This document shows positions 9,729-19,745 of a stretch of DNA of 64,000 nucleotides, one piece after another (position 1 is the first letter of the stretch; the number at the start of each line of letters is the position of its first letter). Made by a program: the position numbers and the translations under genes. Source of the stretch: an uncultured Chloroflexia bacterium (lineage in GTDB: Bacteria; Chloroflexota; Limnocylindria; Limnocylindrales; CSP1-4); contig CAWCMN010000007.1 in the NCBI GenBank assembly GCA_963796715.1, positions 388,586 to 452,585 of the forward strand, in the 5' to 3' direction. Under the pieces are notes generated by a model. The model made no database searches. It saw only the letters and a list, made by a program, of their open reading frames with translations, and had not been told where the DNA came from.

Positions 9729-9926
9729 TCAGGCAAGCTGCCGCAACCCGTCAGACCAACGCCAGCTGCCGGTGAGGTCCGGGTCAAGCTGGGCCGCGAC
9801 GATCCACACGGCGAGCACGAGCACGGCGGCGGCGACCAGGACCGCGACCGATAGGAGCCCGCCCGAGACGGGCAGCGGGGCGACCAGGTGGCCGGGGCGG
9901 AAGCGGGACAGGGCGGCGAAGTTCAT
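9729..9926 (-). CDS. small membrane protein (65 aa, one TM helix)
   Basis: GGAGGA lies 9 nt before the ATG, and the TM segment is LLSVAVLVAAAVLVLAVWIVAA. I recognise no family. Confidence 0.4.
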   Translation of the reverse strand: MNFAALSRFRPGHLVAPLPVSGGLLSVAVLVAAAVLVLAVWIVAAQLDPDLTGSWRWSDGLRQLA

Positions 9927-10021
9927 GGTCGGTCATCCTCCGTGGCCTCACGAGCGGGCATCGCGCCCCACGGCGCGATCGGCTCCCGCCACCCTACGGA
10001 TGGCCGCTTGGCGGGCTCTTA

Positions 10022-10492
10022 TCAGGCGCTTATCAGGAGGTCCCGCAGGCGGCGCAGGTCGGCCCGGAAGATGACTTCGAACACGGGCCCGAAGAGGGGA
10101 TCCAGGAGCCTCAGGAGCGGGCCGACCACCTCCGGCAGGCCCAGGCCCGCGGCGTCCGGGCGCAGCTCCTCCCGCCACGTCACGCGAGTCCGCCGGCCGC
10201 CCGGCAGTGGCTCCAGCCAGAAGTCGGCGCGCCCCGTGAAGCCGCCGCCGTGGGTCATGCCGAAGTGGCGACTCGGCTCGAAGGCGGTGACCTCGATGGG
10301 GTCCTCCTGCGTCACGCCGAACATGCGCACCCGGCCGACGGCGCGGAACCCGACCGCCAGCGGACCCGGGCTCGATGGGGTGATCGACTTGAGGTCGCGC
10401 ATCCACGTCGGCTGCCGCTCGAGGTCCACCAGCAGCGCCCACACCGCGTCCGGCGGCGCCGGGAAGGTCAGGGCACGCACGATCACGGGCAC
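10022..10492 (-). CDS. SRPBCC (START/Bet v1-like, polyketide-cyclase-type) protein
   Basis: The N-terminus PDAVWALLVDLERQPTWMRDL is typical of the SRPBCC fold, and it is 156 aa long. Confidence 0.7.
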   Translation of the reverse strand: MPVIVRALTFPAPPDAVWALLVDLERQPTWMRDLKSITPSSPGPLAVGFRAVGRVRMFGVTQEDPIEVTAFEPSRHFGMTHGGGFTGRADFWLEPLPGGRRTRVTWREELRPDAAGLGLPEVVGPLLRLLDPLFGPVFEVIFRADLRRLRDLLISA

Positions 10493-10530
10493 GGCCCGAT
10501 GCTAGGTCATCGCGGCGCGCACGGTCGACG

Positions 10531-11415
10531 GTGGGTATCCTGCGGCGCATGACCACGTCACGCCCGCATGAGCCTCGCCCCACCCGCGCCAGTGCGGCGA
10601 GCCGCGCGACCGAGGACCACAAGTTCCTGCAGGGCAAGCCGTATGCCGACACGGCCTTCCTGGAGAGCGACGCCTGGCGGGCCCTGCGGATCCAGGGCGA
10701 GTTCGTCGAGGGCTTCGACGCGATGGCCCGGCTGGGGCCGGCCGTGACGGTCTTCGGATCGGCGCGCATCCACCGCCACGCCCCGGCCTATGACGCCGCC
10801 GAACGGCTGGGCGCCGGCCTCGCCCGGGCGGGGTTCGCGGTCATCACCGGCGGTGGGCCGGGCATCATGGAGGCCGCCAACAAGGGCTGCCGCGAGGCGG
10901 GCGGCTACTCCGTCGGCTGCACCATCGAGCTGCCCCACGAGCAGGCCTCGAACCCGTACCTGGACCTGTCGGTCGACTTCAAGTACTTCTTCGTGCGCAA
11001 GACGATGTTCGTCAAGTACGCCCAGGGCTTCGTCATCTTCCCCGGCGGCTACGGCACCCTCGACGAGCTCTTCGAGTCGGTCACCCTGGTCCAGACCGGC
11101 AAGATCGAGCACTTCCCGATCGTCCTCTTCGGCAGCGACTACTGGGGCGGCCTCCTGGCCTGGCTCAAGGACCACGTGGCGGCGGAGGCCAACATCGCCC
11201 CGGCCGACCTTGACCTGCTGCCGGTGACGGACGACGTGGACGGGACCGTCGAGCTGATGGTCGAGTCCCGGCGCCGGGAGCTCGAGGCGCGCGCCGCGGC
11301 GGAGGCGGAGACGCTCCTGCGGCGCCAGGGCGAGCCCGTCGCGAGCGGGCGCCCGGACCTCCGCGACGTCGAGTCGCCGATCCATCGAGGCGCGCTCATC
11401 CAGCATCCCGACTGA
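10531..11415 (+). CDS. LOG-family / TIGR00730 Rossmann-fold nucleotide-binding protein (possible cytokinin riboside 5'-monophosphate phosphoribohydrolase homologue)
   Basis: Motifs VITGGGPGIMEAANKG and PGGYGTLDELFE are present. The start could be GTG 10531 or ATG 10549. Confidence 0.75.
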   Translation: MGILRRMTTSRPHEPRPTRASAASRATEDHKFLQGKPYADTAFLESDAWRALRIQGEFVEGFDAMARLGPAVTVFGSARIHRHAPAYDAAERLGAGLARAGFAVITGGGPGIMEAANKGCREAGGYSVGCTIELPHEQASNPYLDLSVDFKYFFVRKTMFVKYAQGFVIFPGGYGTLDELFESVTLVQTGKIEHFPIVLFGSDYWGGLLAWLKDHVAAEANIAPADLDLLPVTDDVDGTVELMVESRRRELEARAAAEAETLLRRQGEPVASGRPDLRDVESPIHRGALIQHPD

Positions 11416-11418
11416 CCC

Positions 11419-13161
11419 ATGACCGAAGTCCCCGCGACTGCCGCCAGCGGTCGCGTGCGCCGCGTGCGACGCCACGACCCGAACTACAAGTGGATCGCGC
11501 TCTCCAACACGACCCTCGGCGTGCTCATGGCCGCCATCGACGGGTCGATCGTCATCATCTCGCTGCCCGCCATCTTCAACGGCATCAAGCTCGACCCGCT
11601 GGAGCCCGGCAGCACGAGCTACCTGCTGTGGATCTTCATGGGCTACCTGCTCGTGACGGCGGTCCTCGTCGTGGCCTTCGGGTGGCTGGGGGACCGGTAT
11701 GGCCGTGTGCGGATGTACAACGCCGGCTTCGCCATCTTCACGGTGGGCTCGCTGCTGCTCGCCGCGACGCCCTTCGAAGGTTCCGCGGGCGCGCTGTGGA
11801 TCATCGGCATGCGCATCGTGCAGGGCATCGGGGGCGCCTTCCTGTTTGCCAACTCGGCGGCCATCCTGACCGATGCGTTCCCCACCCACCAGCGGGGCCT
11901 GGCCCTGGGCATCAACGGCATCGCCGCGATCGCCGGCCAGTTCATCGGCCTGCTGGCCGGCGGCTTCCTGGCCACCATCGAGTGGCGGCTCGTCTTCTTC
12001 GTCAGCGTGCCGATCGGCATCATCGGCACGATCTGGGCCTACCTGCGGCTCGAGGAACTCAGCACCACGTCACACCGGCGCATGGATTGGGCGGGCAACC
12101 TGACCTTCGGGATCGGGCTGGCCGCGATCCTCATCGGGATCACGTACGGCATCCAGCCCTACGGCTCCGATCCGACGGGCTGGACCAGCCCGCTCGTCAT
12201 CGGGCTCATCGGTGGCGGCCTGGTCCTGCTCGCGGCGTTCCTGTGGCTCGAGCGGCGGGTGCGTGATCCCTTCTTCGACCTGTCCCTCTTCCGCATCCGG
12301 GCCTTCATGGCCGGCAACCTGGCCGGCCTCCTCGCCTCCACGGGCCGCGGCGGCCTCTCGTTCATGCTGGTCATCTGGCTGCAGGGGATCTGGCTGCCGC
12401 TGCACGGTTACAGCTACGCCGACACCCCGCTGTGGGCCGGCATCTACATGCTGCCGCTGACGGTCGGGTTCCTCGTGGCGGGGCCCCTCTCGGGCTTCCT
12501 TTCCGACCAATTCGGCGCCCGCCCGTTCGCCACCGGCGGCATGCTCCTGGTCGCCGTCGCTTTCATCGGGCTCACTCGCCTGCCGGTCATCTTCGCCTAT
12601 CCCCTGTTCGCCCTGACCATCCTGCTGGCTGGCGTGGGGTCGGGGCTCTTCAACTCGCCCAACGCGGCGGCCATCATGAACAGCGTGCCGGCCGGCCAGC
12701 GCGGCGCCGCGTCGGGCATGCGGGCCGTCTTCGCCAACGCCGGGTTCGTCGTCTCCATCGGGCTCTTCTTCTCGCTCATGATCGGCGGCCTGGCGGGCTC
12801 GCTGCCATCGACGCTCTACGCCGGCCTCGTGGCCCACGACGTCCCCGCGTCGGTCGCGACCCAGATCTCGCACCTCCCGCCCGTCTCCAGCCTGTTCGCC
12901 GCCCTGCTGGGCTACAACCCGATGGCCTCGCTGCTGCCGCCGAGCGTCCTCAACGCCCTGCCGCCGGATCAGGCCGCTATCCTCACCGGCAAGGACTTCT
13001 TCCCCCAGCTGATCAGCGGCCCGTTCCAGCAGGGCCTGACCATCGTCTTCGTGACCGCGGCGAGCATGGCCGTCATCGCCGCTGCGGCATCCGCCCTCAG
13101 GGGCGGCCGCTACGTCCATGTCGAGGTCCCCGTGCCCGACGCCGAGCTCACGACGAACTGA
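11419..13161 (+). CDS. MFS transporter, DHA2 (EmrB/QacA) family, 14 TMS
   Basis: It begins 3 nt after the upstream stop. The N-terminus [27 protein letters not shown] and [14 protein letters not shown] are DHA2 signatures. Confidence 0.85.
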   Translation: MTEVPATAASGRVRRVRRHDPNYKWIALSNTTLGVLMAAIDGSIVIISLPAIFNGIKLDPLEPGSTSYLLWIFMGYLLVTAVLVVAFGWLGDRYGRVRMYNAGFAIFTVGSLLLAATPFEGSAGALWIIGMRIVQGIGGAFLFANSAAILTDAFPTHQRGLALGINGIAAIAGQFIGLLAGGFLATIEWRLVFFVSVPIGIIGTIWAYLRLEELSTTSHRRMDWAGNLTFGIGLAAILIGITYGIQPYGSDPTGWTSPLVIGLIGGGLVLLAAFLWLERRVRDPFFDLSLFRIRAFMAGNLAGLLASTGRGGLSFMLVIWLQGIWLPLHGYSYADTPLWAGIYMLPLTVGFLVAGPLSGFLSDQFGARPFATGGMLLVAVAFIGLTRLPVIFAYPLFALTILLAGVGSGLFNSPNAAAIMNSVPAGQRGAASGMRAVFANAGFVVSIGLFFSLMIGGLAGSLPSTLYAGLVAHDVPASVATQISHLPPVSSLFAALLGYNPMASLLPPSVLNALPPDQAAILTGKDFFPQLISGPFQQGLTIVFVTAASMAVIAAAASALRGGRYVHVEVPVPDAELTTN

Positions 13162-13186
13162 CCACCCCCGCGCCGAAAGGGACCCC

Positions 13187-15493
13187 TTGAGCCACTTCTT
13201 CACGAGTCTCGGGCGTTTCAGCGTCCGCTTCCGGTACCTCATCGTGGTCATCTGGGTGGTCGGCACGGTGCTGGCGGTCAAGACCCTGCCGTCGCTGAGT
13301 GACGTCGCCAAGGACACCACCAGTGGCTTCCTGCCCGCGAACGCCCCAAGCATGCAGGCGGCCAACCTGGCGGCACCCTTCCAGGACGCGTCGCTCGCCT
13401 CGGCCACCCTCGTCGTGGCGCGGGACGGCGGGCTGACCGCCGCCGATAACGCGGCCGTGGACACCCTGGAGGCGCAGATCCGCAAGGTCCCTCGGGTGAA
13501 GCTCGTGCTCGATCTTGGCGTCTCGGGCGACGGCCAGGCTCGCCAGGCCCTGCTCCAGGCGACCGTGGTCGCGTTCAGTGGCGGCCCCGAGGCCACCGGC
13601 GTGGTCGACGCCATCCGGGCCACCTTCACGACCGTTGGGGCACCGGCCGGCCTGCAGATCCACCTCACCGGCCAGCTGGCGACCCAGATCGACACCATCG
13701 CGGCGACCGGCTCGTCGCAGGACCAGACGTCGCAGCTCTCGCTGCTGTTCATCGTCGTCCTGCTCTTGCTCGCCTTCCGCGCCCTGATCGCGCCGCTCAT
13801 CACGCTGATCCCCGCGGCCTTCGTGCTCGTGCTGTCGGGGCCGGTCATCGCCGAGTCCACGAACCTCGGGGTCCAGGTCTCCTCGATCACCCAGCTGCTG
13901 CTGATCGTGCTGATCCTGGGCGCGGGCACGGACTACGGCGTCTTCCTCGTCTTCCGCGTGCGCGAGGAGTTGCGGCGCGGCCTGACGCCACAGGAGGCCG
14001 TGGTCCGCTCGGTGAGCCGGGTGGGTGAGTCGATCACGTTCTCAGCGTTCACCGTCATCGCGGCGCTGATGAGCCTCGTGCTGGCCGAGTTCGCCTTCTA
14101 CCAGAGCCTGGGCCCCGCGCTCGCGATCGGCATCGGGCTGATGCTGTTGGCCGGCCTGACGCTGCTGCCGGCGCTGCTGGCGATCTTCGGCCGAGCCGTC
14201 TTCTGGCCGACCGGCACGGCCATGCGGCACCAGGACCGGGCCGGCCTCTGGGACCATATCGGCGTCATCGTCACGCGCCGACCGGGCCTCACGCTCACCG
14301 CCGGCGTGGCGCTGTTCGTGGCCCTCGGGGCGACGCTCCTGACGACCGGCGTGGCGGGCTTCGGCGACGTGAGCTCGAGCCCCAGCGGCACCGACTCCGC
14401 GGCCGGGACCGCCCTCATCCAGGCCCACTTCCCCTCCTCGCTCGCCGGGCGCAGCGCCGTCCTCATGCAGTTCCCGAAGTCCGTGTGGGACGACCCATCC
14501 GTGATCGCGCGGGCCCAGACCGGCCTGGGCCAGGTGGCCGAGTTCAGCGGCCTCGTCGGTCCCCTGAACCCTAACGGCATCCCCCTCACGACCGACCAAC
14601 TGGTGCAGCTCCACACGACGCTCGGCCCCGCCGGGCAGCTGCCCCCCGAGCAGACCACGACGGCCGTGACGCCATTGCTCTATAACGCCTACCGGGCCAC
14701 GGCCCAGCTCATCAGCGCCGACGGTCGCACGATCCAGTTCTCGGTGGCCTTCGAGAGCGGCGACGCATCCAGTCCCGCCGCCCTGAACGCCGTGCCGCCG
14801 ATGCGCGCCGACGTCGACCGCGTGGCCCAGGCGGCCGGCGCGACGGCCAACGGCGTCTTCGGTAACACCGCCCTGGCCTATGACGTGAGTGACGTCTCCG
14901 GCCGCGACCTCACGCGGATCATCCCCATCGTCGCGGTCCTCATCGCCCTGTTGCTGGCGGTCGTGCTGCGCAGTCTCGTCGCGCCGCTCTACCTCGTCGC
15001 CAGCATCGTCCTGTCGTACCTCGCGTCCCTGGGCCTCGTGGGCATCATCTTCGTCCATCTCGGCGGCCAGGACGGCTTGAGCTTCATCCTGCCGTTCCTG
15101 ATGTTCGTCTTCCTCATGGCCCTGGGATCCGACTACAACATCCTGATCATGTCGCGCATCCGTGAGGAGGCCCACGGGTTACCCCTGCGCGATGCGGTGG
15201 CGCGGGCCATCGGGCGCACCGGCGGCACCATCACCACCGCCGGCGTCATCCTTGGCGGGACGTTCGCCGTGCTGGCCGTGGCCGGGGGCTCGGCCGGCGG
15301 CGGCCAGATCCAGCAGATCGGCTACGGCGTGGCGGCCGGCATCCTCATGGACACGTTCCTGCTGCGGTCGCTCCTGGTGCCGTCGCTGGTGGTCCTGTTG
15401 GGCGACCGCAACTGGTGGCCGTCGCACCTCTCACGGACACCCCTCGAGGGCGACGCGCGTCATGGATCGGGGGTCACCGCCGCCGACAGGTGA
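13187..15493 (+). CDS. MMPL-family (RND superfamily) membrane transporter
   Basis: A TTG start is preceded by AAAGGGA. Two 6-TM bundles are each followed by a large loop, and MMPL motifs are present (GAGTDYGVFLVFRVREE, ALGSDYNILIMSRIREE). Confidence 0.8.
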   Translation: MSHFFTSLGRFSVRFRYLIVVIWVVGTVLAVKTLPSLSDVAKDTTSGFLPANAPSMQAANLAAPFQDASLASATLVVARDGGLTAADNAAVDTLEAQIRKVPRVKLVLDLGVSGDGQARQALLQATVVAFSGGPEATGVVDAIRATFTTVGAPAGLQIHLTGQLATQIDTIAATGSSQDQTSQLSLLFIVVLLLLAFRALIAPLITLIPAAFVLVLSGPVIAESTNLGVQVSSITQLLLIVLILGAGTDYGVFLVFRVREELRRGLTPQEAVVRSVSRVGESITFSAFTVIAALMSLVLAEFAFYQSLGPALAIGIGLMLLAGLTLLPALLAIFGRAVFWPTGTAMRHQDRAGLWDHIGVIVTRRPGLTLTAGVALFVALGATLLTTGVAGFGDVSSSPSGTDSAAGTALIQAHFPSSLAGRSAVLMQFPKSVWDDPSVIARAQTGLGQVAEFSGLVGPLNPNGIPLTTDQLVQLHTTLGPAGQLPPEQTTTAVTPLLYNAYRATAQLISADGRTIQFSVAFESGDASSPAALNAVPPMRADVDRVAQAAGATANGVFGNTALAYDVSDVSGRDLTRIIPIVAVLIALLLAVVLRSLVAPLYLVASIVLSYLASLGLVGIIFVHLGGQDGLSFILPFLMFVFLMALGSDYNILIMSRIREEAHGLPLRDAVARAIGRTGGTITTAGVILGGTFAVLAVAGGSAGGGQIQQIGYGVAAGILMDTFLLRSLLVPSLVVLLGDRNWWPSHLSRTPLEGDARHGSGVTAADR

Positions 15494-15761
15494 CGGGCGG
15501 GTCGGTGGTGCGCACGTGCCCGGGTGGGGCAGTGGCTCAGACGTTCACCCCGGGAACATTCGCGAGTGGCAGGGACGACAGGAACGTCGATCCGAGCTTA
15601 TTGAGGCTCCGCCCACGCTCAACGAGTGTGCCGAGGTACGTGCTCGGCCGCCCTGGACCCAGCCGGTCCGGCGCGAACGTTCCCCGGGCGCACATCTGCA
15701 ACTGGGCCGGCATGGCGCACGTCGATCGGCGTCCCGCCGGGTGGTAGGCTCAGGTCGGCGC

Positions 15762-15837
15762 GCGGGAGTAGCTCAGTTGGCAGAGCGGCAGCCTTCCAAG
15801 CTGCATGTCGCGGGTTCGAACCCCGTCTCCCGCTCCA
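15762..15837 (+). tRNA. tRNA-Gly (anticodon UCC), CCA encoded
   Basis: The cloverleaf was folded by hand: acceptor GCGGGAG/CTCCCGC, D arm GCTC-AGTTGGCA-GAGC, anticodon arm GCAGC-CTTCCAA-GCTGC, T arm GCGGG-TTCGAAC-CCCGT. A TAGGCT -10 box sits at 15745-15750. Confidence 0.9.
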
Positions 15838-15882
15838 TCCTCGTGACACCCTAGCTGGCACAGCATCGTTCGATCGTGGCGC

Positions 15883-16195
15883 CATGCATCCGATCGACCC
15901 GACAGACGCGACTCAGACCGTGGACGCCGACGTGCGCTTCCGAATGGTGGCACCGACCCATTCGCTCGAGGCCTCGGTCCGCCTTCGGCACACCACGACT
16001 GGCTGGATCGCCACGTCAGAGGCGGAGGGTCGTGCCACGATCGGCATCGGTCCCAGCCCGCGGGACGCCGTCGTGGCCAGCCTGGGATGGCTGGGTCGCT
16101 CCGCCCTGAGCGAGCTGCTGGCCGACCTCGGCCTCTTCGACGTCTCGCGCCGGATCCGCGCTCTGGGCCAGCCAGCACCGGCGTCGATCAGCTAG
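15883..16195 (+). CDS. hypothetical protein (104 aa)
   Basis: An ORF directly downstream of tRNA-Gly, with weak RBS and no recognisable domain. It overlaps the nagA stop by 4 nt. Confidence 0.25.
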
Positions 16196-17355
16196 GGCGT
16201 TGGCTCCAGTTCGCGGCCCCTGAGCCACACGCGGGCCACCGAGCCATCCGGGCGCAGCGCGACCAGATCCGCGTCGGCGCCACGGACGATCCGGCCCTTG
16301 CGCCGTGCACCGACCAGCCCGGCCGGTCGCGTGCTGGCGGCCCCCACGGTCTCGGCGAGTGACGCGCCGTGCGCCACATACCGCGCCACCGCGTCCGCGA
16401 GCAGGACCATCGAACCGGCCAGCGTGCCGTCGGCGAGCGTCGCCCGACCGTCGCGCACGGTGACCTCCAGGCCGCCCAGGCGGAAGGTCCGGTCGCCGGC
16501 GAGACCCGCGTCGGGCAGCGCATCGGAGACCAGGACGACGCGGCCGCCTGCCAGGCGGCGCACGAGGGGCCACATGGCCGCGTCCACGTGGAGGCCGTCG
16601 GCGATCAGCTCGACCAGGGGCCGGGGATCCAGCAGCGCCGCCAGCGCGAGCCCCGGCCCGCGGTGGGTCAGGCCCGTCATGGCGTTGAAGAGGTGCGTCG
16701 TGGAGCGTGCGCCGGCGTCATAGGCCAGCAGCGCCTGCGCGTATGACGCCCCGCTGTGGCCGATGCTGGCGACGATCCCACGTGCCGCCAGCAACCGCAC
16801 GAGGTCGAGCCCGCCTGGGCGCTCGGGCGCGACGGTGACGACCCGAACCGCAGCCCACGCGGCCGGATCACGGGTGAACGCGGTGGCCACCACGGACGGG
16901 TCCACCAGCGCCGCGTGGGCGTGCGCGCCGGCATGCCCAGGATCCAAGGCCGGCCCTTCCAGGTTGGCATCGAGGACGGTCGCGCCGTCGCGGTCCGACG
17001 CTCCCCTCGCCCGCCCCACCTCGCCGGCGAACGTCGCAAGCCGATCCAGCGGCGCCGAGACCGCGGTCGGCAGGAACGAGGTGACCCCGCGTGCCGCCAG
17101 CGTGCGGGCCATGTGCCGGATGGCGTCCGGCCCATCCATGGCGTTCGCGCCGCCCGCCCCATGGACGTGGATGTCGATGAAGCCCGGGGCCAAGACGAGG
17201 TCGTCGGAGAGTCGCTGCGCACCCCGCTCGGCGCCCCCGGCGTCACGGCCGTCCACCACCGAGACGACGCGCCCATCGACCACGCCCAGGACGACGTTCG
17301 GGCGCTCGACACCCCCGACGATGGCGCGGCCGCGCAGCCGGGTGGAGGTCCTCAC
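16192..17355 (-). CDS. nagA: N-acetylglucosamine-6-phosphate deacetylase
   Basis: The metal-binding signature FIDIHVHGAGG and the overall NagA architecture are present. Confidence 0.85.
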   Translation of the reverse strand: MRTSTRLRGRAIVGGVERPNVVLGVVDGRVVSVVDGRDAGGAERGAQRLSDDLVLAPGFIDIHVHGAGGANAMDGPDAIRHMARTLAARGVTSFLPTAVSAPLDRLATFAGEVGRARGASDRDGATVLDANLEGPALDPGHAGAHAHAALVDPSVVATAFTRDPAAWAAVRVVTVAPERPGGLDLVRLLAARGIVASIGHSGASYAQALLAYDAGARSTTHLFNAMTGLTHRGPGLALAALLDPRPLVELIADGLHVDAAMWPLVRRLAGGRVVLVSDALPDAGLAGDRTFRLGGLEVTVRDGRATLADGTLAGSMVLLADAVARYVAHGASLAETVGAASTRPAGLVGARRKGRIVRGADADLVALRPDGSVARVWLRGRELEPTP

Positions 17356-17372
17356 GGTCGGTCAGACTACCA

Positions 17373-17406
17373 CTTGACAGACCATCTCCACTCACTTTAT
17401 AAAGTG
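17373..17406 (+). promoter_or_regulatory. sigma70-like promoter TTGACA-N18-TATAAA overlapped by a perfect 14 bp palindrome CACTTTATAAAGTG (candidate ROK/NagC-type operator)
   Basis: This is an AT-rich perfect palindrome at 17393-17406 in a roughly 72 % GC background. It lies in the divergent nagA / ROK-regulator spacer, overlapping the -10. Confidence 0.5.
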
Positions 17407-17457
17407 TCCGTACATTGTCGCGGACCGCCCTGAGGATGGAGGCCGGAACCCCGCCGG

Positions 17458-18657
17458 ATGCCGACGCTCGAGAAGGCCACGCACCAGCAGACTCGCGCGT
17501 ACAACAGCCAGCTCGTGCTGCGCACCGTCTACGACCGCAGCGCCATCAGCCGCTCCGAGATCGCCCGCATGACGGGCCTCACCCCCACGTCGGTGTCCGA
17601 TCTCGTGCGCGAGATCATCGACGCCGGGCTCATCGAGGAGGTCGGCCGCGGCCCGTCCACCGGCGGCAAGGCGCCCATCCTCCTGCGGGTCGTGCCGCGC
17701 GGCCGCGAGGTCATCGGGCTCGACCTGGACGGCAAGGCCTTCACCGGCGTGCGGGTCGACCTGCGCGGGCAGATCCTGCGCGCCGCCGAGCGGCCGCTGG
17801 ACGGCCGCGACGGCGCAGAGGCCCTCGGCCTCGTCTTCAGCCTCCTCGACGAGCTGACCGAACGCTCCCCTGCCCCCCTCCTCGGCATCGGCATCGGCGC
17901 CCCGGGGGTCATCGACGCCGCGACCGGGACGGTGCGCTGGGCGGCCAACCTGGACTGGTCCGACCTGCCGCTCGGCCGGCTGGTGGCGGAGCGCTTCGAG
18001 ACCACCGTCAACGTGGGCAACGACAGCCAGGCCGCGGCCCTCGCCGAGTACACCTTCGGCGGCGCGCCGCGACCGGAGAACCTGGTCGTGGTCAAGGTCG
18101 GCCAGGGCATCGGGGCCGGCATCATCCTTGGCGGCCGCCTCTACCAGGGCGACGGCTCCGGGGCCGGTGAGATCGGGCACACGACGGTCGTCGAGGACGG
18201 CGAGCCATGCCGCTGCGGCAGCCTGGGCTGCCTCGAGACCGTGGCCAGCATGCGCGCCATCGTCGCCCGCGTGCGCCACCTGGCGGCCCATCGACCGGCC
18301 ACCTCCACCCTGCCGGCCGAGGCGACGCGCATCGACGAGGCGGCCGTGGCGGCCGCATTCCTGGCCGGTGACGAGGTGGCGCGCACGGTCGTCGAAGATG
18401 CCGCGCGGCAGCTGGGCCGGGCCCTGGCGGCGCTGGTCGGGGCGTTCAACGTGCGCCAGATCCGCATCGTCGGCTCCGTCCATGCCTTCGGCGACCCGTG
18501 GCTGCAGGTCGTGCGGCGCGAAGTCCGCAGCCACGCCATGCCGCTGCTGGCGAATGAGACCGAGGTCGTGTTCGGGCGCACGCAGGACCACGTCGTGGCT
18601 CTCGGCGCGGGCGCGCTGCTCCTGACGCGCGAGCTCGGCCTGAGCCTCGCCCGATGA
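17458..18657 (+). CDS. ROK-family transcriptional regulator (NagC/Mlc/XylR type)
   Basis: An N-terminal winged HTH (ISRSEIARMTGLTPTSVSDLVREII) is followed by a ROK sugar-kinase-like domain with the Zn motif CRCGSLGCLE. Confidence 0.85.
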   Translation: MPTLEKATHQQTRAYNSQLVLRTVYDRSAISRSEIARMTGLTPTSVSDLVREIIDAGLIEEVGRGPSTGGKAPILLRVVPRGREVIGLDLDGKAFTGVRVDLRGQILRAAERPLDGRDGAEALGLVFSLLDELTERSPAPLLGIGIGAPGVIDAATGTVRWAANLDWSDLPLGRLVAERFETTVNVGNDSQAAALAEYTFGGAPRPENLVVVKVGQGIGAGIILGGRLYQGDGSGAGEIGHTTVVEDGEPCRCGSLGCLETVASMRAIVARVRHLAAHRPATSTLPAEATRIDEAAVAAAFLAGDEVARTVVEDAARQLGRALAALVGAFNVRQIRIVGSVHAFGDPWLQVVRREVRSHAMPLLANETEVVFGRTQDHVVALGAGALLLTRELGLSLAR

Positions 18658-19661
18658 CCACCCTCCGGCCCCGCTCAGGACGCCCGGCCGGCTCCAGCCT
18701 GGTGCTGGGGCTCGACGTGGGCGGCACGAAGAGCGCCGCGCTCCTGGTTGACGACGACGACCGCGTCGTGGGCCGTGCTGCGGCGCCGACCCGCCACGAT
18801 GCGGCGGCGTACGGCATCGTCGAGCTGGCGCGCGACATCCTCGACCGTGCCGAGGTCCTGCCGGGCGACCTCGCCGCCGTCGGCGTCGGCCTGCCCGGCC
18901 ACGTCGACCCGGCCGCCGGCACGGTCGCCCTGGCGGTCAACCTGGACGGCCTGCCCCAGCCCATCGCCAGCGTCGTCGAGGAGGCGCTCGGCGTCCCCTG
19001 CTTCATCGACCACGACGCCCGCGCGGCCGCCCGCTGGATCGCGCGGCTCGACCGCGGCGCCCACCGCAGCATCGGCTATGTCTCGATCGGGACGGGCATC
19101 TCGGCCGGCCTCGTCCTCGACGGCGTGGTCGTCACCGGCGCCCTCGGCATGGCCGGTGAGATCGGCCACCTGGCCGCCCATCCGGACGGCTTGCTCTGCC
19201 TGTGCGGCCTGCACGGCTGCCTCGAGACCGTGGCCAGCGGCCCGGCCATCGCCCGCGAGGCCGGCACGATGAGCGCCGGGGATGCCTTTGCCGCCGCCGC
19301 AGCGGGTGACGCGCGGGCGCAGGCGGCCATCGCCGCGGCCACGACGCACCTCGCGCGCGCCATCCGCGGCCTCGTCCTGACCTTCGGCCTCGATCACGTG
19401 GTGGTCGGCGGGGGGGTCGCTCGGGCCGGCGCGGCCCTGATGGAGCCCCTGCTCGCGGTGCTCGCCAAGGAGCGCGACGAGTCGTCGCTCGTGCGGACGC
19501 TGCTTGCCGACGACGTGGTGCGGCGCCAGCCGGCCGATGCCGAGGCGGGTGCATGGGGCGCCGTGACGGTCGCGCGCGACGGCCTCCGCGCTGGTTCATC
19601 GCGCGGCATGTCTGACCGAGAGGAGGTGGGGCGACGAGATGTGACCACCCAGTCGGGGTGA
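18654..19661 (+). CDS. ROK-family sugar kinase (GlcNAc kinase / glucokinase)
   Basis: The ATP-binding motif LGLDVGGTKSA and the ROK Zn motif CLCGLHGCLE are present, with no HTH. It overlaps the regulator's stop by 4 nt. Confidence 0.8.
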   Translation: MTTLRPRSGRPAGSSLVLGLDVGGTKSAALLVDDDDRVVGRAAAPTRHDAAAYGIVELARDILDRAEVLPGDLAAVGVGLPGHVDPAAGTVALAVNLDGLPQPIASVVEEALGVPCFIDHDARAAARWIARLDRGAHRSIGYVSIGTGISAGLVLDGVVVTGALGMAGEIGHLAAHPDGLLCLCGLHGCLETVASGPAIAREAGTMSAGDAFAAAAAGDARAQAAIAAATTHLARAIRGLVLTFGLDHVVVGGGVARAGAALMEPLLAVLAKERDESSLVRTLLADDVVRRQPADAEAGAWGAVTVARDGLRAGSSRGMSDREEVGRRDVTTQSG

Positions 19662-19745
19662 TCGATCCCGCGACGCCCCTCGCGTCGCGGTCGTGGCCAG
19701 GCGATCCGGAGGGCCGGCGCCATCAGATGGAGGAGATCCAAGCTG

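Noticed and set aside
15494-15761. Small RNA or remnant element upstream of tRNA-Gly
   Set aside because: There is a slightly lower-GC 270 bp spacer but no clear structure or repeat, and only a TAGGCT -10 for the tRNA.
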